In this document: positions 14,319 through 28,725 of the stretch, in pieces
How the letters are laid out: the number at the start of each line of letters is the position of its first letter
Numbering within the stretch: position 1 is the stretch's first letter
NCBI RefSeq assembly: GCF_009914755.1
Contig: NC_060927.1
Length of the DNA: 64,000 bases
Strand: one strand, 5' to 3'
Source: the human T2T-CHM13v2.0 reference genome, Homo sapiens
Translations under genes and position numbers: made by a program
Notes under the pieces: model-generated
What the model was told of the DNA's origin: nothing
Database searches by the model: none
What the model saw: the letters and a program-made list of their open reading frames with translations, nothing else

Positions 14319-15337
14319 GCAATCCCACAACCATCCAGGTTGCCTTCTCTTGTTCCTGGGCTGAGCAAGGTGGGAGCAGAGCAGGTTCTAGACACCTTTA
14401 AGGCATGGGTTGGATACTCTTAGGCCAGTTGGGTACCCCGCTCCTTTGTGCCATGCCCTTGCCACACTGGCTTGTGGGTTTCTGCTACTCTCAGGGCTCT
14501 GTAAAGCCCCATCAAAGCATGTAAGTGGCCAGAGGGCATTGAGTGGCCTTTGAGTCTGGATAATCCCATTGGGAAGAGTTAGGAAGGAGAAGCAGGGAGA
14601 ACCACTGCTTTTGGAGGAGGAGAGGCCTGCAGAGCCTGAGGGAGAAGCGACATGTGGGCCCAGCGGGCAGGACTGGAATTGTGGTGTCTGTTCTGGCTCT
14701 GTCTAATTGTGTGACCTGGAAAAATCATTTCCCTCCTCAGGGCCTCAGTTTCCTCCAGTTGAGGATGGAGGCATCCTATCCCTAAGGTCTATTTATGCTT
14801 TTCCAGCCAAGATGGAGGCTGGATTTCCTAATGGGCTGAGTCAAGGGCAGATGGGTAGGAGACCTCACCTGTTCTCACACTGTGCAGAAGACAGAACATT
14901 CAGTACAGCCCTACACTGAGGCAAGAGAAAGTGTGAGGCCCTGCACACAATGGCCATTGTTGTTGGTTCCTGAAAACCTGCTCGTGTGGTGGGTGGGACG
15001 GGAAAAATGTGTCCTCCATTCTGTGTGGCTTTATCTTCTGGGATTCTCCAGGGCTCCGATGAAGGCGCTGTATGTTGTGGGAGGTGGACTTTGAAAGCTC
15101 TGTGCATGAGGGTCAGGTGCTTCAGAGGGGGAGGCAGTGCCCCGGCAGAGCTGTGTGGTGGGGAATGTCCCAGTGGCTCTGAAGCAAGAGTCTGACAGGA
15201 GCCTGCCTCTAAGAGAAGCCAAGGGTGGGGATGTCCTTTAAGGCCTGGGAGCCAGCAGAGCTATGGAATCTTGATCTGGTGGTCCTGGTGAGGTCCAGTG
15301 CTGGGCACAGACTCCGCAGCCTAGAGCTTTACAAAGG

Positions 15338-15472
15338 ACAGAAGCAAGAATCGACACATGGGATCTAATTAAACTAAAGAGCTTCTGCACAGCAAAAGAA
15401 ATGATCAAGAGAGTTAACCGACAGCTTACAGAATGGGAGAAAAATGTTGGAAACTATGCATCCAACAAAGGT
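15338..15472 (+). mobile_element. Isolated internal L1PA-type ORF2 fragment inside a MIR
   Basis: Translates [35 protein letters not shown], against L1 ORF2 [18 protein letters not shown]...VNRQPTEWEK. Confidence 0.9.
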
Positions 15473-17489
15473 TTTTCTTTCAATCCTTGTGGCAACTCCA
15501 TTAAAAACTACTATCCCAACTTAACAACAACAACAAACCCTTCAGGCTCAGAGGCTAAGAAACTTGCCTAATATCAGATAGCTGGCATACCCTAAAGCTG
15601 GAATTCAAACCAAGGCCCGATTCAAAAAATAAGCTCATTTGAAAGGACGCAAGGCAGAGACAAAGTACCTTGCAGTGACAGGGTACCCGAAGGCAGGGAG
15701 GTGAGCTTGGGTGGGGGTGAGCCTCTTCTCATCTCCTCTCAGGGAAGCCTTGGCTACATGATCTTATTAAATGGAATGCTGAATTCTTTGGCTCGAAGGT
15801 AAAATACTAGTTGGTATATTATCTGGCATTACTTTACCCACTGAGCTCAGGAATCTTATTCTGGGTACACTGTATGTAATAAAATAAATCAATTAGTGGT
15901 AAGATTTTCCACCTTAACTCAATCCTGATTCTCAGGCGTGGCATATACAAGGTACATTCCAGAGATCTGCACTGGCCAAACTTATCACAGCTCAACAGGC
16001 TGCCTACAGCACCTACTATTGAGAGATCATCTCAGAAAGATCTTATAAGGGAACTAATCACATTCACTAATATCATCTCAGATTCTCCAGAAAGACAAAG
16101 TTGGAGGAGAGTCACGACAGGGAGGGCCTTATTCTGGTGGTTGGGTCAGGGTTGGCCAGAATGGGGGAGGTGTGGGAGGGTGTTGGGTGTGTGTGGAAAG
16201 AATCCTATGTTTGGAATACTAGGATTTGGGCTCTAGTCCCAGATCCACCAGCTAACGCAGTCTTGGATAGGTCAATTAACCCTCCCTGGGCCTTGTTTTT
16301 CTAATCTATAAAGTATTCCTCGGGGGTGCTGTAGAGGATTAAAATGAGACGATGAATGTAAAATATTTCTGGCATCTAGTGCTAGATCCAAGTAAGTGAT
16401 TAACACATGCTGGATAAATAGACCTGAGGATGAAAAGAGATGGGCGCTGGCCTCATGCTGGAGGTGCAAAGGGGCAAAGGTCCCTGCTGATGCCTCTGCT
16501 CTGCTAACAGAAGCCCCTGGTGATGGGGAGAGGTTTGGGCGTGGAGGCAGGCAGGAAGAGGCTGAGCTTGTTGGGAGAAGGAGCAGGGGTCCTGCTGGGT
16601 GGTTTTTGGGGAGGGAGGAATCACCTGTGTGGCAGTGTCCTCTGTCCATCCCTTGCTTACTGTTGGCTTTGTCCATTCTTCCCCTTTGGGTTGTTGACTC
16701 TCAATTTGAGGCCTTGGAGCCATAAGCCCGCATTCTGCATTAGTCTCTTCACTGGCCTTGTTACTGCCAGGTTCTTCCCCTTCCTTCTCATCCAAACTGC
16801 ACATGACTCTCAGATCCTATTGCTCCCGGCTGAAAAAGCTTCATCTCTTCTTATTATTCAAAGGATCATGTTCAAACTCCATGAACAGTCTCCATCTTCC
16901 GGTCTTTGCTTTGCTACTTCTGGGTTTCAGTGCCCAGCCCATGTTGCCTTTCTTTTACTCCCTGTCTTTTCAAATCTTTTTGAGCTCCCAGGACTAACAC
17001 ACATGCATTTCATCTTGTTCATTCATTTGTTCGTCAAACATTTGTTGATCACCTACTAGCTGCATTGCATGGTGCTGGGCAGCTGGGGCACATGTGCTGA
17101 AGGGAAGACCTCCTTGCCTCCCACACTCTTATAAACTCATCTCTTCCACTCCATGGTGCTTGCTCATTATGCCAATATTAACACGATTGTTCTAAAGATA
17201 TTTCTTACATGTAGATAGTAGATTGCCAACTACTTGAGGCCTGGACCATATTGTTTTCTTGTCTCCTCCTCTGTAGACTTGGAGCACCTTAGATACTTGA
17301 AGACAGGTTTGAGTCCAGGCTCTATCGTGTGTTATCTGTGTGATTTTGGCCCAGTCACTTAATCCTACTGAGCTTCAGTGTCCTGAGACATAAAGTGGAT
17401 TAAATAATTATGCAATGGTTTTGTCCCATAAGTAGGTATTCAATAAATAATAGCCCAACACATATTTGCTGATTAAGAAGATTAAACCC

Positions 17490-17849
17490 TGCTATGGACT
17501 GAATGTTTGTGTTCCCCTCCCCCCATATTCATATGTTGAAGCCCTAATTTCCAATATGATGGTATTTGGAGGTAGGCCCTTAGGAACATAATCATATTAT
17601 GAGGGTGGAGTCCTTGTGAATGTGATTAGTTCCTTTATAAGAAGAGACCAAGAGAGATGATCTCTCCACATGAGGATACAGCAAGAAGCATCCATCCGCA
17701 AACCAGGAAGAAGACTCTCACCAGGAACCAAGAGTGCTTGTGGCTTGATCTTGGACTTCCCAGCCTCCAGAACTGTGAGAGATCGATTTCTGTTGTTTAC
17801 GCCACACAGTCCATGGTATTCTGTTACGGAAGCCCAACTCACTAAGAAA
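17490..17849 (+). mobile_element. MaLR solo LTR (MLT1A-like)
   Basis: tgctatggactgaatgtttgtg...ttcatatgttgaagccctaa...gatcttggacttcccagcctccagaactgtgaga. Confidence 0.85.
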
Positions 17850-18611
17850 AACACTTCTTGCACCAAATAGAAACAGATCACAGAGAATACCAACATTCAG
17901 GCTGTGCAGAGCATGTGGCCAGGACGGAGTTTTGCTGTGGGATGGACCTTAGGTGGTGCCCAATATGAAATGGTCTATGAATTCTGCAGGGGAACAGAGA
18001 CTAGTTTGGGGGTCAAGATGGGCAAGTGCAAGAGGGAAAAACTAAGGTGTCTAGTCCTGCCAAAGAGCCTAGCCTAGAATTTTCTTCTGTATGTGAAAAG
18101 TGAAAGGTTCCTTGGCTCTGTGGTTCTATTTTGAGCAGCAAACCTCCTGAGGCAGGAATTAAGTTGGAGTTCAACTCCAGCTCAAACCTGTGTGAGCAAG
18201 TTTTTCCTCTGCAGATGCTGAGCAGCCTCCTGAGGCACATTTCCACCTCGCCAGGCCCTCCCAGGTCTTGCAGAAGGGAGTGGGAGAGGGGAGGAGACAC
18301 AGCTGGAGTCAGAGTCTTCTTCATTCAGACGTCAGCTGAGAAAGAGTGAATGATTGCTTCACTTGAATTTCCAGTGAATTTGAGTTGGGTCAGGACCAGC
18401 CAGAAACTGCGAAGCTGGGGTCGGGTTGGGGTGGTTACTCTGGGGTTTGTAGAAAGAATTGTACGTTTGGAATACTAGGACTTGGGTCCAGTACCAGATG
18501 CACCAATTAGTGTGACCTTTGATAGGTCAATTAACCTCCCTTGGCTTCCTTTTTCTAATTTATAAAATTTATTCTTGATATTCTTTGGAGGAGAAACCAG
18601 ACCTACCAGTG

Positions 18612-18770
18612 CAGTGCTTCTCAAAAACTTCAGCGTATGTGCGATCACCAGCAGATCTTGTTGAAATACAGACTCTGCTTCAGTAGGCCTGCAGTGGGAC
18701 TTGAGAGTCTGCACTTCTGACACACACCCATGCAAGGCCAAGGCTCCTGGTTCATGGACCACACGGCGTT
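18612..18770. mobile_element. MER5A-like MITE
   Basis: cagtgcttctcaaa...gatcttgttgaaatacaga...ggaccacac. Confidence 0.7.
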
Positions 18771-18776
18771 CTAGTG

Positions 18777-19007
18777 CAGGGATTGACTAACCATGGTTTG
18801 AGGATCAAATCCAGCCTGCTGTTTGCTTTTGTAAATAAAGTTTTATCAGAACACAGCCGTGCCCGTTCATTTAAATATTGCCTATGGTGGTTTTCATGCT
18901 AAGTGGACAGAGCTGAGTCGTTGCATCAGAGACTGTATAATGCACCTAGCCTAATTATTTTAATAGTTACTACATGGCCCTTTGCAGAGAAGGTTTGCCA
19001 GCCCCTA
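18777..19007. mobile_element. MER58A-like hAT-Charlie MITE
   Basis: caaatccagcc...tttgtaaataaagttttat..gaacacagcc...ggccctttgcagag.aggtttgccagcccct. Confidence 0.8.
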
Positions 19008-19104
19008 CTGTAAAGGACTGAGGATTGGTCTGTGTGAGCCAAAAGATCTGCATTTCTATCTGGGTTTGGCTAAGGGCAAGCCACTTCACCTTGCTGGTAC
19101 TCAC

Positions 19105-19170
19105 TTTCCTTATCCAGGGAACAAAATAATATCTACATTTCCTTATCCAGGGAACAAAATAATATCTACA
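19105..19170. repeat. Perfect 33-bp tandem duplication
   Basis: tttccttatccagggaacaaaataatatctaca x2. Confidence 0.97.
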
Positions 19171-21046
19171 TTCCTAGGCAGCCTGTGATTCTGGGATTTC
19201 AGTATTATGTAGAAAACATCACAGTTTCTATAGAAATAGGCATCTGAGAACCACGTTGAATGGCCTGCATTTGGAAGCTGCAAAAACATACCTGCCCTAA
19301 CCTGGCAGAGTCTAGCAAGTCAGATCCCGCCAGATGCCATGAGAGGTCTGCGGAAACAGACCACAGCTACTTTCTGATGTAGAGTCAGTTGGGAATAGAA
19401 AAGGGCTTGAGAGGAGAGAAGAGTGAGAATTGGAGGCCGACCTCCTGAGCTCCAGTACAGGTGGATGCTGGCAGAGGGGCCCTGGCACAGCGCACGCCAG
19501 CATCACTCACACAAATTCACTCTTGCTGAGAGACCAATTCAAAAACAATCCCCTAACTCACTGCTCCATGTGCCCCTGACTGGGTGCATTTGGTCAACCA
19601 ATATTGACAAGCCCTTTTGAGGCCTCTGAGACTCTGCCAGGCACAGGGATACAGAAGGGATTATGACATCTGGGGCCTCCTGAGGGCCTCACAGTCTGAT
19701 GGGAGAAACACCATGTAAATAAATAATTATATGAGAGTTCCTCAAGCCAGTCGTGAAGGGAAACATGTGACTCTGGGTCTCCAGCTTGGGCAACAGGTGA
19801 GACATCAATAAGGCAGGGAACATGGGTACGGGGAGGAGGCAGTGTTTTTAGGAGGGGGAAGGATGTGTAAAGATGGGGAAGATAATGACTAGTTTGGGGC
19901 ATGTTGATTTCAACGTGGGCTGCTTGAAGGACTAAATGACAAAGCTGTGATTTCCTGTGAAAAGCAAAACAGCGTCTCCGTAGGCCTGCAAATGTTGAAC
20001 GGGAATGACATGTATGTTGCCATGGTTACTCCCCAGAGCTAAGAAGAGTCCCAGTGCACACACCCATAGTACTTCTGGGGCTCCCTAGGGGTCACCTGTC
20101 TTGCTCTGTCTCAGCCCACAGGAGAGACCTGGGCCAGAGAGGATCTCTGTTAAATGCAAACTTTTTAGGAACATTTTTATTTTCTCTCAACTCGGAAGAG
20201 TGGTGGCTGATCATTTCTCACTATGACTGTCAAATCTCCACTGAATGGGAAAATTGGGAATCTACAGACCTGGACAGCTCCTGAACCCCTGAGGCCACAT
20301 TCTGGTATGGCTTCATAAAGGTGAAAAGAAAGCCATGAGAAACAGTGAACTCGTGCTCACAATTATTTTGGCGTCTCAGCTGATCTCTAGTTCCTCACCT
20401 GGGAGTATGAATCTGAGATGGCTGAATGGCATCCCATTCCCTTGCTTTGGGATTCAGGGCATAGTCCATACAATTAGTGAGAATCCACATGGGCACAGTG
20501 CACAGACAGATTGAACCATACGTGCTTGCAAAGTAGCAGAGCCAAGGTATTGCCCTTCCCAGGTAAAGTGTTCACATCTAGGAGGGCAGATCTGATGACT
20601 ACACGTATTTGCCTGAAGAGTGCTTGTGCCTGCTCTGCTCAGTTGGTTTGAGTGCTAGGCTAGTGAGGCCACGGGCATGCCTATGAGCTACACACTGGCT
20701 TGCTGGCCTTGCCTGGGCTCTGGGTAGCTAAGCAATTCTTAGTACTTAGCATAGTTCCTAATTATATGCCTGTCTGTGGGGTTATTTTATTGAGGCCTGG
20801 CTCCCCCACACCCAGTGGCTATAAAGACTATGTTTGTTTTTGGTTTTGTTCACCGTTGTACCATGGTGCCTGGCACGTGGTGGGGGCTTTGTAAGTATGT
20901 GTTAAATAAACTGACAGGAAGCCTGTCCCCACTGCTGGGAAAATGACTCAGAGTGAACACTACCGAGGGTATCTGTCTCCCTGTCTTTGTTTACCAAGAA
21001 TTGCAAAAAGTATTATCTAGTGAGATCCTGGGGAGATTTTGTGCTA

Positions 21047-21368
<322 letters not shown>

Positions 21369-23298
21369 CATTTTCTAGGACACACCATTTGCAGTTCAAA
21401 TAGGATTGACCAAGAAATCACTGAGAGGAAAGTTGCTTTAATATCAGACAGCCAGAGGGGCCAGGTGTGGATAACACAGGCTCGAGACCACTGCTGGCTT
21501 GAGACTGAAGGCTGGATAGGAGCAGGCATGAGGATCAGTGAAGAGTCTGAGGAAATATGCAGGAAGCCTCTGCATTTATATTTTAGGCTGGGGCCAGAGA
21601 GAAACAATGGCATAGCTCCCCAGGACTTTGCTCCTCAACCCCAGGGGGACCGACCCAGCCTTGTGCCATGCCCTTGGTGCTTCCTCAGGATCCAAGACTG
21701 GGCACCCTCCCCCTCCCCTTGCTTCACTGGACAGCCAGCTCAGGTGGAACTCCACATGGGCAGCAATAGCCAAACATGTGTAGGCACAGAGCCAATACAT
21801 AACCCTAGAATTACAGGTTGTTAGAGCCACAGGCAATTTAAAGATAATAGATGAAATCCTGAAGCCGTAGTCAAGAGAGTGAAATTCTAAATTTGGCCCC
21901 TTTCTTATATTATAAATACCTTCCCCCACACCTAACAATAATTCTGATTACTGCTGACCAAGGGCTCACCAGGTTCCAGGCACTCTGCTCAGTCCCTACA
22001 TGGATGATCTCATTTAACCCTCAAAACAAGGCTGAGGGAGGGAGACCATACTTGTTTCCATCTTGTAAGTGTTGAAATGGAGGCTGGAGATGTCCAGGGA
22101 CTCATCTAATCCATGACTGGTGCTGAGAAGCTCTGGGTCTTCTGAATTCTAGTTCAATGGTGAGTCCCTACTCTACCCTCTCTCAATTGCAAGTCCTCTA
22201 AGCTATATTTGAATTACCTATTTGAAAATGGCCAGCACATCTTACTTATCAAATGAGTTTATAATAGCTCCATGAAATTAAATTCTCAGCCTCACAAATA
22301 CTCACATGTAACTCTAAGATTTTTTTTTTTCTAAAGATTTTTCACTAAGTACCTGTTCCTGTCCTACTCCAGAATCTACTGCCCACTGGCAAACTGGAGG
22401 CAAGATTCTTTCCCCTCTCTCCCCTCTTCCAACAAACGTTTCTGTAGAACACATGTGAGCCAGGCAGGGTGGGAGGCTTTGAAGGGGACACAAAGATAAA
22501 GAACATGTGATCCTCATTTTCCAGGTAATGGCAGGGAAAACATATGATGAGAACACACATGCCCGTGACACAGGCAGACTTCTGATCAGTGTACTGATGA
22601 GATAGAAGGCAAAATTAAGTGCTCAGGGAATTCACAGGCTGGGCTCGCTTCCAGCAGCCATTAGGTAGGCCTTGCAGAGGGAGCAGAATTTCAACAAGGA
22701 GTTGTGGAGCCTTTCCTCGGACTGGGTCTAAATACTTCCTATTTCCTGAGTGCGTGGCTGATGCAAGACACACAGTAGACTCCCTAACGCATTTTCTAAA
22801 CACTAGCCACTTGGGCTAGGCTAGGAGTCATGGGCTTGAATCTTGGTTCTGATGCCACCACTGGACGTAAATTATATAAATCCTACCCTTTCTCTGGGCC
22901 TTGATTTTCCTCAACTATGAAATAGGGATATGGAGGAGGCTGGGTATAACCTTGCTCATGGGTTTCGGGTTAGGATTACACTAAGTTAATACATGCAAAA
23001 TTATTTGCAAGCCAAAATGAAATAGAAATACAAGAGACTGTTTCTCACTATTCTTATTGTTGTTACAAAAACTAAAAAATAGCAAATTCCATATGCTTCT
23101 CATGTAGCTAAGAACCTTTTTTGGGGGGGGCGGGGTAACTACTTGAGGCCAGGCACTGGGGATACAAAGATTAATAACAACCAGCCTCCATCCTTGGAAT
23201 CTGAAAGGTCTAGGAAAGGAGATAGTAGGTACAATTGGTAATATAAGTTTAATGTGCTACGACAAAGGCTGGGCTAGAGTTTGGCAGGAGCTCTAGTC

Positions 23299-23620
<322 letters not shown>

Positions 23621-24013
23621 GAGCTCTGCTCTTTCTTAGTGGTAGTGCAGGTGGATAGTAATGCTTAGGACAAGAACTTCAAATGTGAATCAACTGGCAT
23701 TCTCCAACACAAAATAGAATTATAGGCGTAGGGACTTTTTTTTTTTTTAGGTTTGAGCTTATTATACTATGTTCCAGGCACTTTCACATCCATCATCTTC
23801 CTAATAAGCCATGTATTATTATGCCAGTTTTACAGATGAGGAAGCTGAGACTTAGGGTGGTTGGGTAATTTCCCAAGATCTATAAAACTAGAAGCATAAA
23901 GGCAAAATTTAAACCCAGATTATCTAACTGTAAGCATGGGGCTTTTCCCAATACCCCTTATTGCTTTCTTATCAGCCAATGTTTCTATAGAACCCATTCC
24001 ATGCTAATCTTGA

Positions 24014-24310
<297 letters not shown>

Positions 24311-25425
24311 TGATGAGAGATTTGAGAGCAACCCCTCCCATCATCATTTCCTCTTCCATTTCCTATGATAAGCTCATTCCCTCCTACTGTGTCCTGATTT
24401 CTCCCTCTCCTCCAACTCCAATGAAACTGCCAAGGAGTTAAGAATCGCAACACATGAAGAGGCTGCAGAGAGAGCTCTCTGCCTCCTCAGCCAGTAGCCT
24501 ATAAATCCCGGGACAAAATACACTGAGAGAAGGTAGAAATTTGAATATAATTCTGTCCAAGAAAGAGTCCACATAGACCAAAATCTGACTATGCCTTAAT
24601 TTTGCGGAACTGTAAGGAATCTTAAAATATAATTGTCAGACTTGCTTATTTTACAGATACAGAAAACTGAGACCCAAGAAGGGGAAAGGACTTGCCTCAA
24701 GTCACACACTAGCGACAGGCAGAGTCTGGACTGGAACTCCAGTCTTCTGACTCCCAGGCGAATGCTTTTTCACTAAAATACGTTGCCTCTTTAGCTTTTC
24801 CCATTAACAACTCAACTTACATGAGATCATAGCCCTTTCAAGAAGAAAGCTCAGTGCTGGCATCTCTGCAAAGCCCAGAAGTCAGTGCCCCACTCTGATC
24901 AGCTGATGTCCTCATCTAAAGAACAGGAAGTGGTTTCACTTCTAGCTCTGAAAGCACATTGTAGGGGTGAGAAAGGGGGATTTGGGGAAGAGAGTTCCTG
25001 TACATGATAGTCAAAAGCAATCAGCAGACACTTTGGTCTTGCTTGAAGAAGGGGAAGATGTAAGGTCAGACATGTAAGAGGAAGATGAAGGTTGTCCTTG
25101 ATCAGCACATGATCTCATCAAGAGCTTCCCCCAGCCCTAGGGTGGTGGAGAGTCGAAGTGGGGAGCAGGGAGGGTGGTGGTGGGGATTCAGCTCTGCTCA
25201 TTCTCTTCTCTGCTCTGAGGGAGCTAGATACCAGAGCGGGGGTTGAGATAGGAGCACCAGGGTAGGAAAATTTGCAGGAACTTGATACAACCTTCAATGC
25301 TTCCCCTACCCTCTGTTAGCACCCACAACTTCCCCTGCCAAGGGAGGAAGGAGGAACACATTATTCAGCTTTATACACTGAAAAGTTTACTGTGTGAAAT
25401 AAAGGGGACTTAAGGGGTCAACAGA

Positions 25426-25730
25426 GGCCGGGCATGGTTCTTCACACCTGTAATCCCAGCACTTTGGGAGGCTGAGGCGGGTGGATCACCTGAGGGCAGG
25501 AGTTTGAGACCAGCCTGGTCAACATGGAGAAACCCCATCTCTATTAAAAATAGAAAAAAGTAGCCGGGCGTGATGGTGCACGCCTGTAATCCCAGCTACT
25601 CGGGAGGCTGAGGCATGAGAATCACTTGAACCTGGGAGGAGGAGGTTGCAGTGAGCCAACATGCGCCACTGCACTCTAGCCTGGGTGACAGAGTGAGACT
25701 CTGCCTCAAAAAAAAAAAAAAAAAAAAAAA
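25426..25730 (+). mobile_element. AluS with pure A23 tail
   Basis: Full dimer; TSD core ggtcaaca. Confidence 0.95.
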
Positions 25731-26009
25731 GAGGTCAACAATTCCTGAATCCTCTCTTAAAGGACAGAGGTGTGGAGATGATGTTTCCTGATGACCTGGC
25801 CTGGAATATAACAATCTGATTGTCAAATAGACGGGTGTGAAACAAGAGAATAACTTCCCCAACCCCCGCCTTGATGTCAGTGGAGTTTTGTTTTCTTCTA
25901 GTGGTGGGATCACATCCCACCTTAGCACTAACAGCCTGGAACATCAAAGCACACAGACGCAGAGCCATGGAATGCCAGGCATGGGAGAGACTGAGGGCAT
26001 TTGCCTGTA

Positions 26010-26165
26010 GCAATGGTGTTCAAACCTGGCAGCCCATCAGAGTCATCTGGGGAGCTCATTAAAATTGAGATTCCCAGGAACCAGCACAGAGATTGATTAG
26101 GTAGATCTAGGCTGGGGTCCACAAATCTTCATTTTCAACAAGCAGCTGGTTTAAGAACCAAGGTT
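26010..26165. mobile_element. MER5-family MITE
   Basis: caatggtgttcaaacctggc...tcatctggggagct...tttaagaacca. Confidence 0.6.
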
Positions 26166-26539
26166 CTGGTTCAACCCCATCCATCCACCTATCAAAACTT
26201 TGATACAAGATATTGTTTTTACAGTAAAGAAAACTGGGGTGCCAAAAATAGGTTAGTAGCAGGTCTTGGACTAGAATTTTGTCTCCTGCCTGCTGGTATG
26301 GTGTTTCTGCCAGCGCTTTTACACCTGGCTTTCTCCTCCAGCTCACCTGTCCATTGAGGACCTGTGAGGACCCGTGAGCCCACAGGGGAATCAGCTGCCA
26401 GGAGCTTTGATTGAATCTCTCCATTTGGATCACTGGTGGAAAATGGCTACTTTTGGGGCTGGGGTAGAGGTGGTTTTAAGGACATTCTCAGAAAGCTGTG
26501 TTTGTATTCTGGTGAGTTAAAAGTGGAAGGCCCAGCTGG

Positions 26540-27570
26540 TGGCCTCTAAAGCATACTACCCAGTTGTTCCAGACAGAAAGAATAGTTGGTTCATGGGAGC
26601 AGCCTGCTGTGTTGGAGGAACCAGAGTGGAGGAGGCAGAGTGAGCGATGGAGAGAGTGGCAGAAGAGGAGGTCTGGGAGGTAATGAGAGGCCAAAACATA
26701 CGGGGCCCTCTAGGCCACGTGATCTTTGGCTTTTTCTCCAAGCCACTGCAGGATTTTGAGAAGAGGAGTGTCATAACCTGACTGCTCTGATGTGGTGGTG
26801 AGAACAGGCTACCTAGGGCAGTGAGACAGAAGCAAGGAACCCAGTGAGGAAGCTTTGCAGTAATCCAGGGGACAGAGGATGGTGGCTCAGATCAAGATGG
26901 CAGGAATGCAGGTGGTGAGACGTGGTTGAATCCTGGATGTTTTTTAAAAGTAGCTAACAGATTTTCTGATGGACTGGCTGTGAGCCGTGAGATAAAAAGG
27001 GGAGTCAAGGATGATGCCAAGCGTTTTGGCTCTTGTGATGGGAAGGCTGGAGTTACCAATGGAGAGAAATAAGGCTGTGAGTGGAGAAGGTTTGGGGGAG
27101 GGACAGCAGAGCTCTGCATTGGACATACCAAGTTTGAGGTGTCTGCTAAACACATAAGGGAAGTATGACACAGGCTGCTGGACATAGGAGCCTGGAGCTC
27201 AGGGAAAGCTGGAGACAGGCTGGAGGCATCATGAGTAAGCACATGGTATTTAAATAAAGTCTTATGACTGGATGGGGTGATCAAGGGCTTAAGTACAGAC
27301 AGTGAAGAGAAGAGGGTCAAGGACCCTGCCTGGGGATCCTCCAGCATCAAGAGGTCAGAGAGAAATGAGACCGAGAAGGAGTGACAAGTGAGCGGGGAGG
27401 AAAACCATGAGCAAATCAAGTCCTAGAAGCCAAGTGGACCAAGCGTTTCCAGGAAGAGGGAGTGATCAGCTGGGTCACATGCCACTGACAGCTGTGGCAA
27501 GATGAGGGTTAGGAACTGACTATTGGATTTAGCTATTGGAGAACCCTGGTAACCTTGACATTGGCAGCAT
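26540..27570 (-). mobile_element. Long L2 fragment with degraded ORF2 C-terminal region
   Basis: ORF 26944-27171 RHLKLGMSNAEL...RAKTLGIILDS...HSQSIRKS resembles L2 ORF2 (HLKLNMSKTEL...AKNLGVILDS). Confidence 0.85.
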
Positions 27571-27814
27571 TTGACTCTGAACCTCATGGAGCCCCACAGC
27601 TTGACAACTGACTGTCATTGAGGACACCCTTATTGTGAATTTTTGTCTTCTGGATTAAGTTGTAAACTTTGCAACATCGGATGACGAGTCAGCATATCCG
27701 CAGAGCATGGAGTCCTTGCTGGGCTGTGGGGCCTTACGAGGCCTGCTGACATCCACCTGAGGGCACCTACTACTGGGCATTGACCTAAAACAATTATCCT
27801 CATTCCTGGCTTAC

Positions 27815-27992
27815 CTTGAACGCAGAATTTCAGTTCTTTGGGGTCAGTGACACCCTTCCTGCTTTCCCGGATCACAGCCCGGTTCTTCTTGTTTTCTCCC
27901 CAGAGATTGGTGCCTCCGTACATGCTGGGAATGTTGAGAATGGCAATGCCTTCCAGGAAGATGTTGCTCAGGTCCACCCCAACCCCATCACA
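27815..27992 (-). CDS. DGKG: DGKG coding exon (178 nt), [59 protein letters not shown](D)
   Basis: Acceptor ccttttctctccgtcctccAG|TGT and donor AAG|GTAAGC. Contains the DGK motif [20 protein letters not shown]. Confidence 0.97.
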
Positions 27993-28019
27993 CTGGAGGA
28001 CGGAGAGAAAAGGCCATCT

Positions 28020-28026
28020 GTTAGTG
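28020..28026 (-). promoter_or_regulatory. Branch point CACTAAC for the 178-nt exon
   Basis: Near-perfect TACTAAC match, branch A 29 nt upstream of the exon, followed by a pyrimidine tract. Confidence 0.7.
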
Positions 28027-28055
28027 TCCTCAGTGTGTCACAACCCAAGGTGCTC

Positions 28056-28084
28056 TGTGTGTGTGCGTGCGTGTGTGTGTGTGT
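28056..28084. repeat. Interrupted (TG)n; (CA)n in the DGKG pre-mRNA
   Basis: Direct reading. Confidence 0.9.
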
Positions 28085-28366
28085 ACTCTCTTAAAGGATG
28101 TGACAGGTCCTCAGCCACCACCCTGCCACTGTCAGAAGAGAAATCATGGGCAAAGTCGCTCAGACTTAATGCTTTGACTGCTGTGGTGAGATGACAGATC
28201 CAGTCCTGGTCAGCTCCGGGGAATACAGTACAGGCTCCAGGGTCATCTTTAGGTCTAGAAGTGCTTTAGGGCTGGTTCTTAAGTCAATTGTCAAACTGTT
28301 CTCCAGTCTAATCTCATTATCATCAATCTTGCCCCTTCCTAACCATTAGAAGATTTAGTGGAACTG

Positions 28367-28725
<359 letters not shown>

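Noticed and set aside
16396-17059. Overlapping 109-179 aa ORFs
   Set aside because: Non-ATG starts, no recognisable domain, low-complexity composition and no convincing splice structure.
26892-27419. 175-aa ORF with reverse-transcriptase-element flavour
   Set aside because: Decayed L2 ORF2. The homology is split across frames, so there is no intact domesticated gene.
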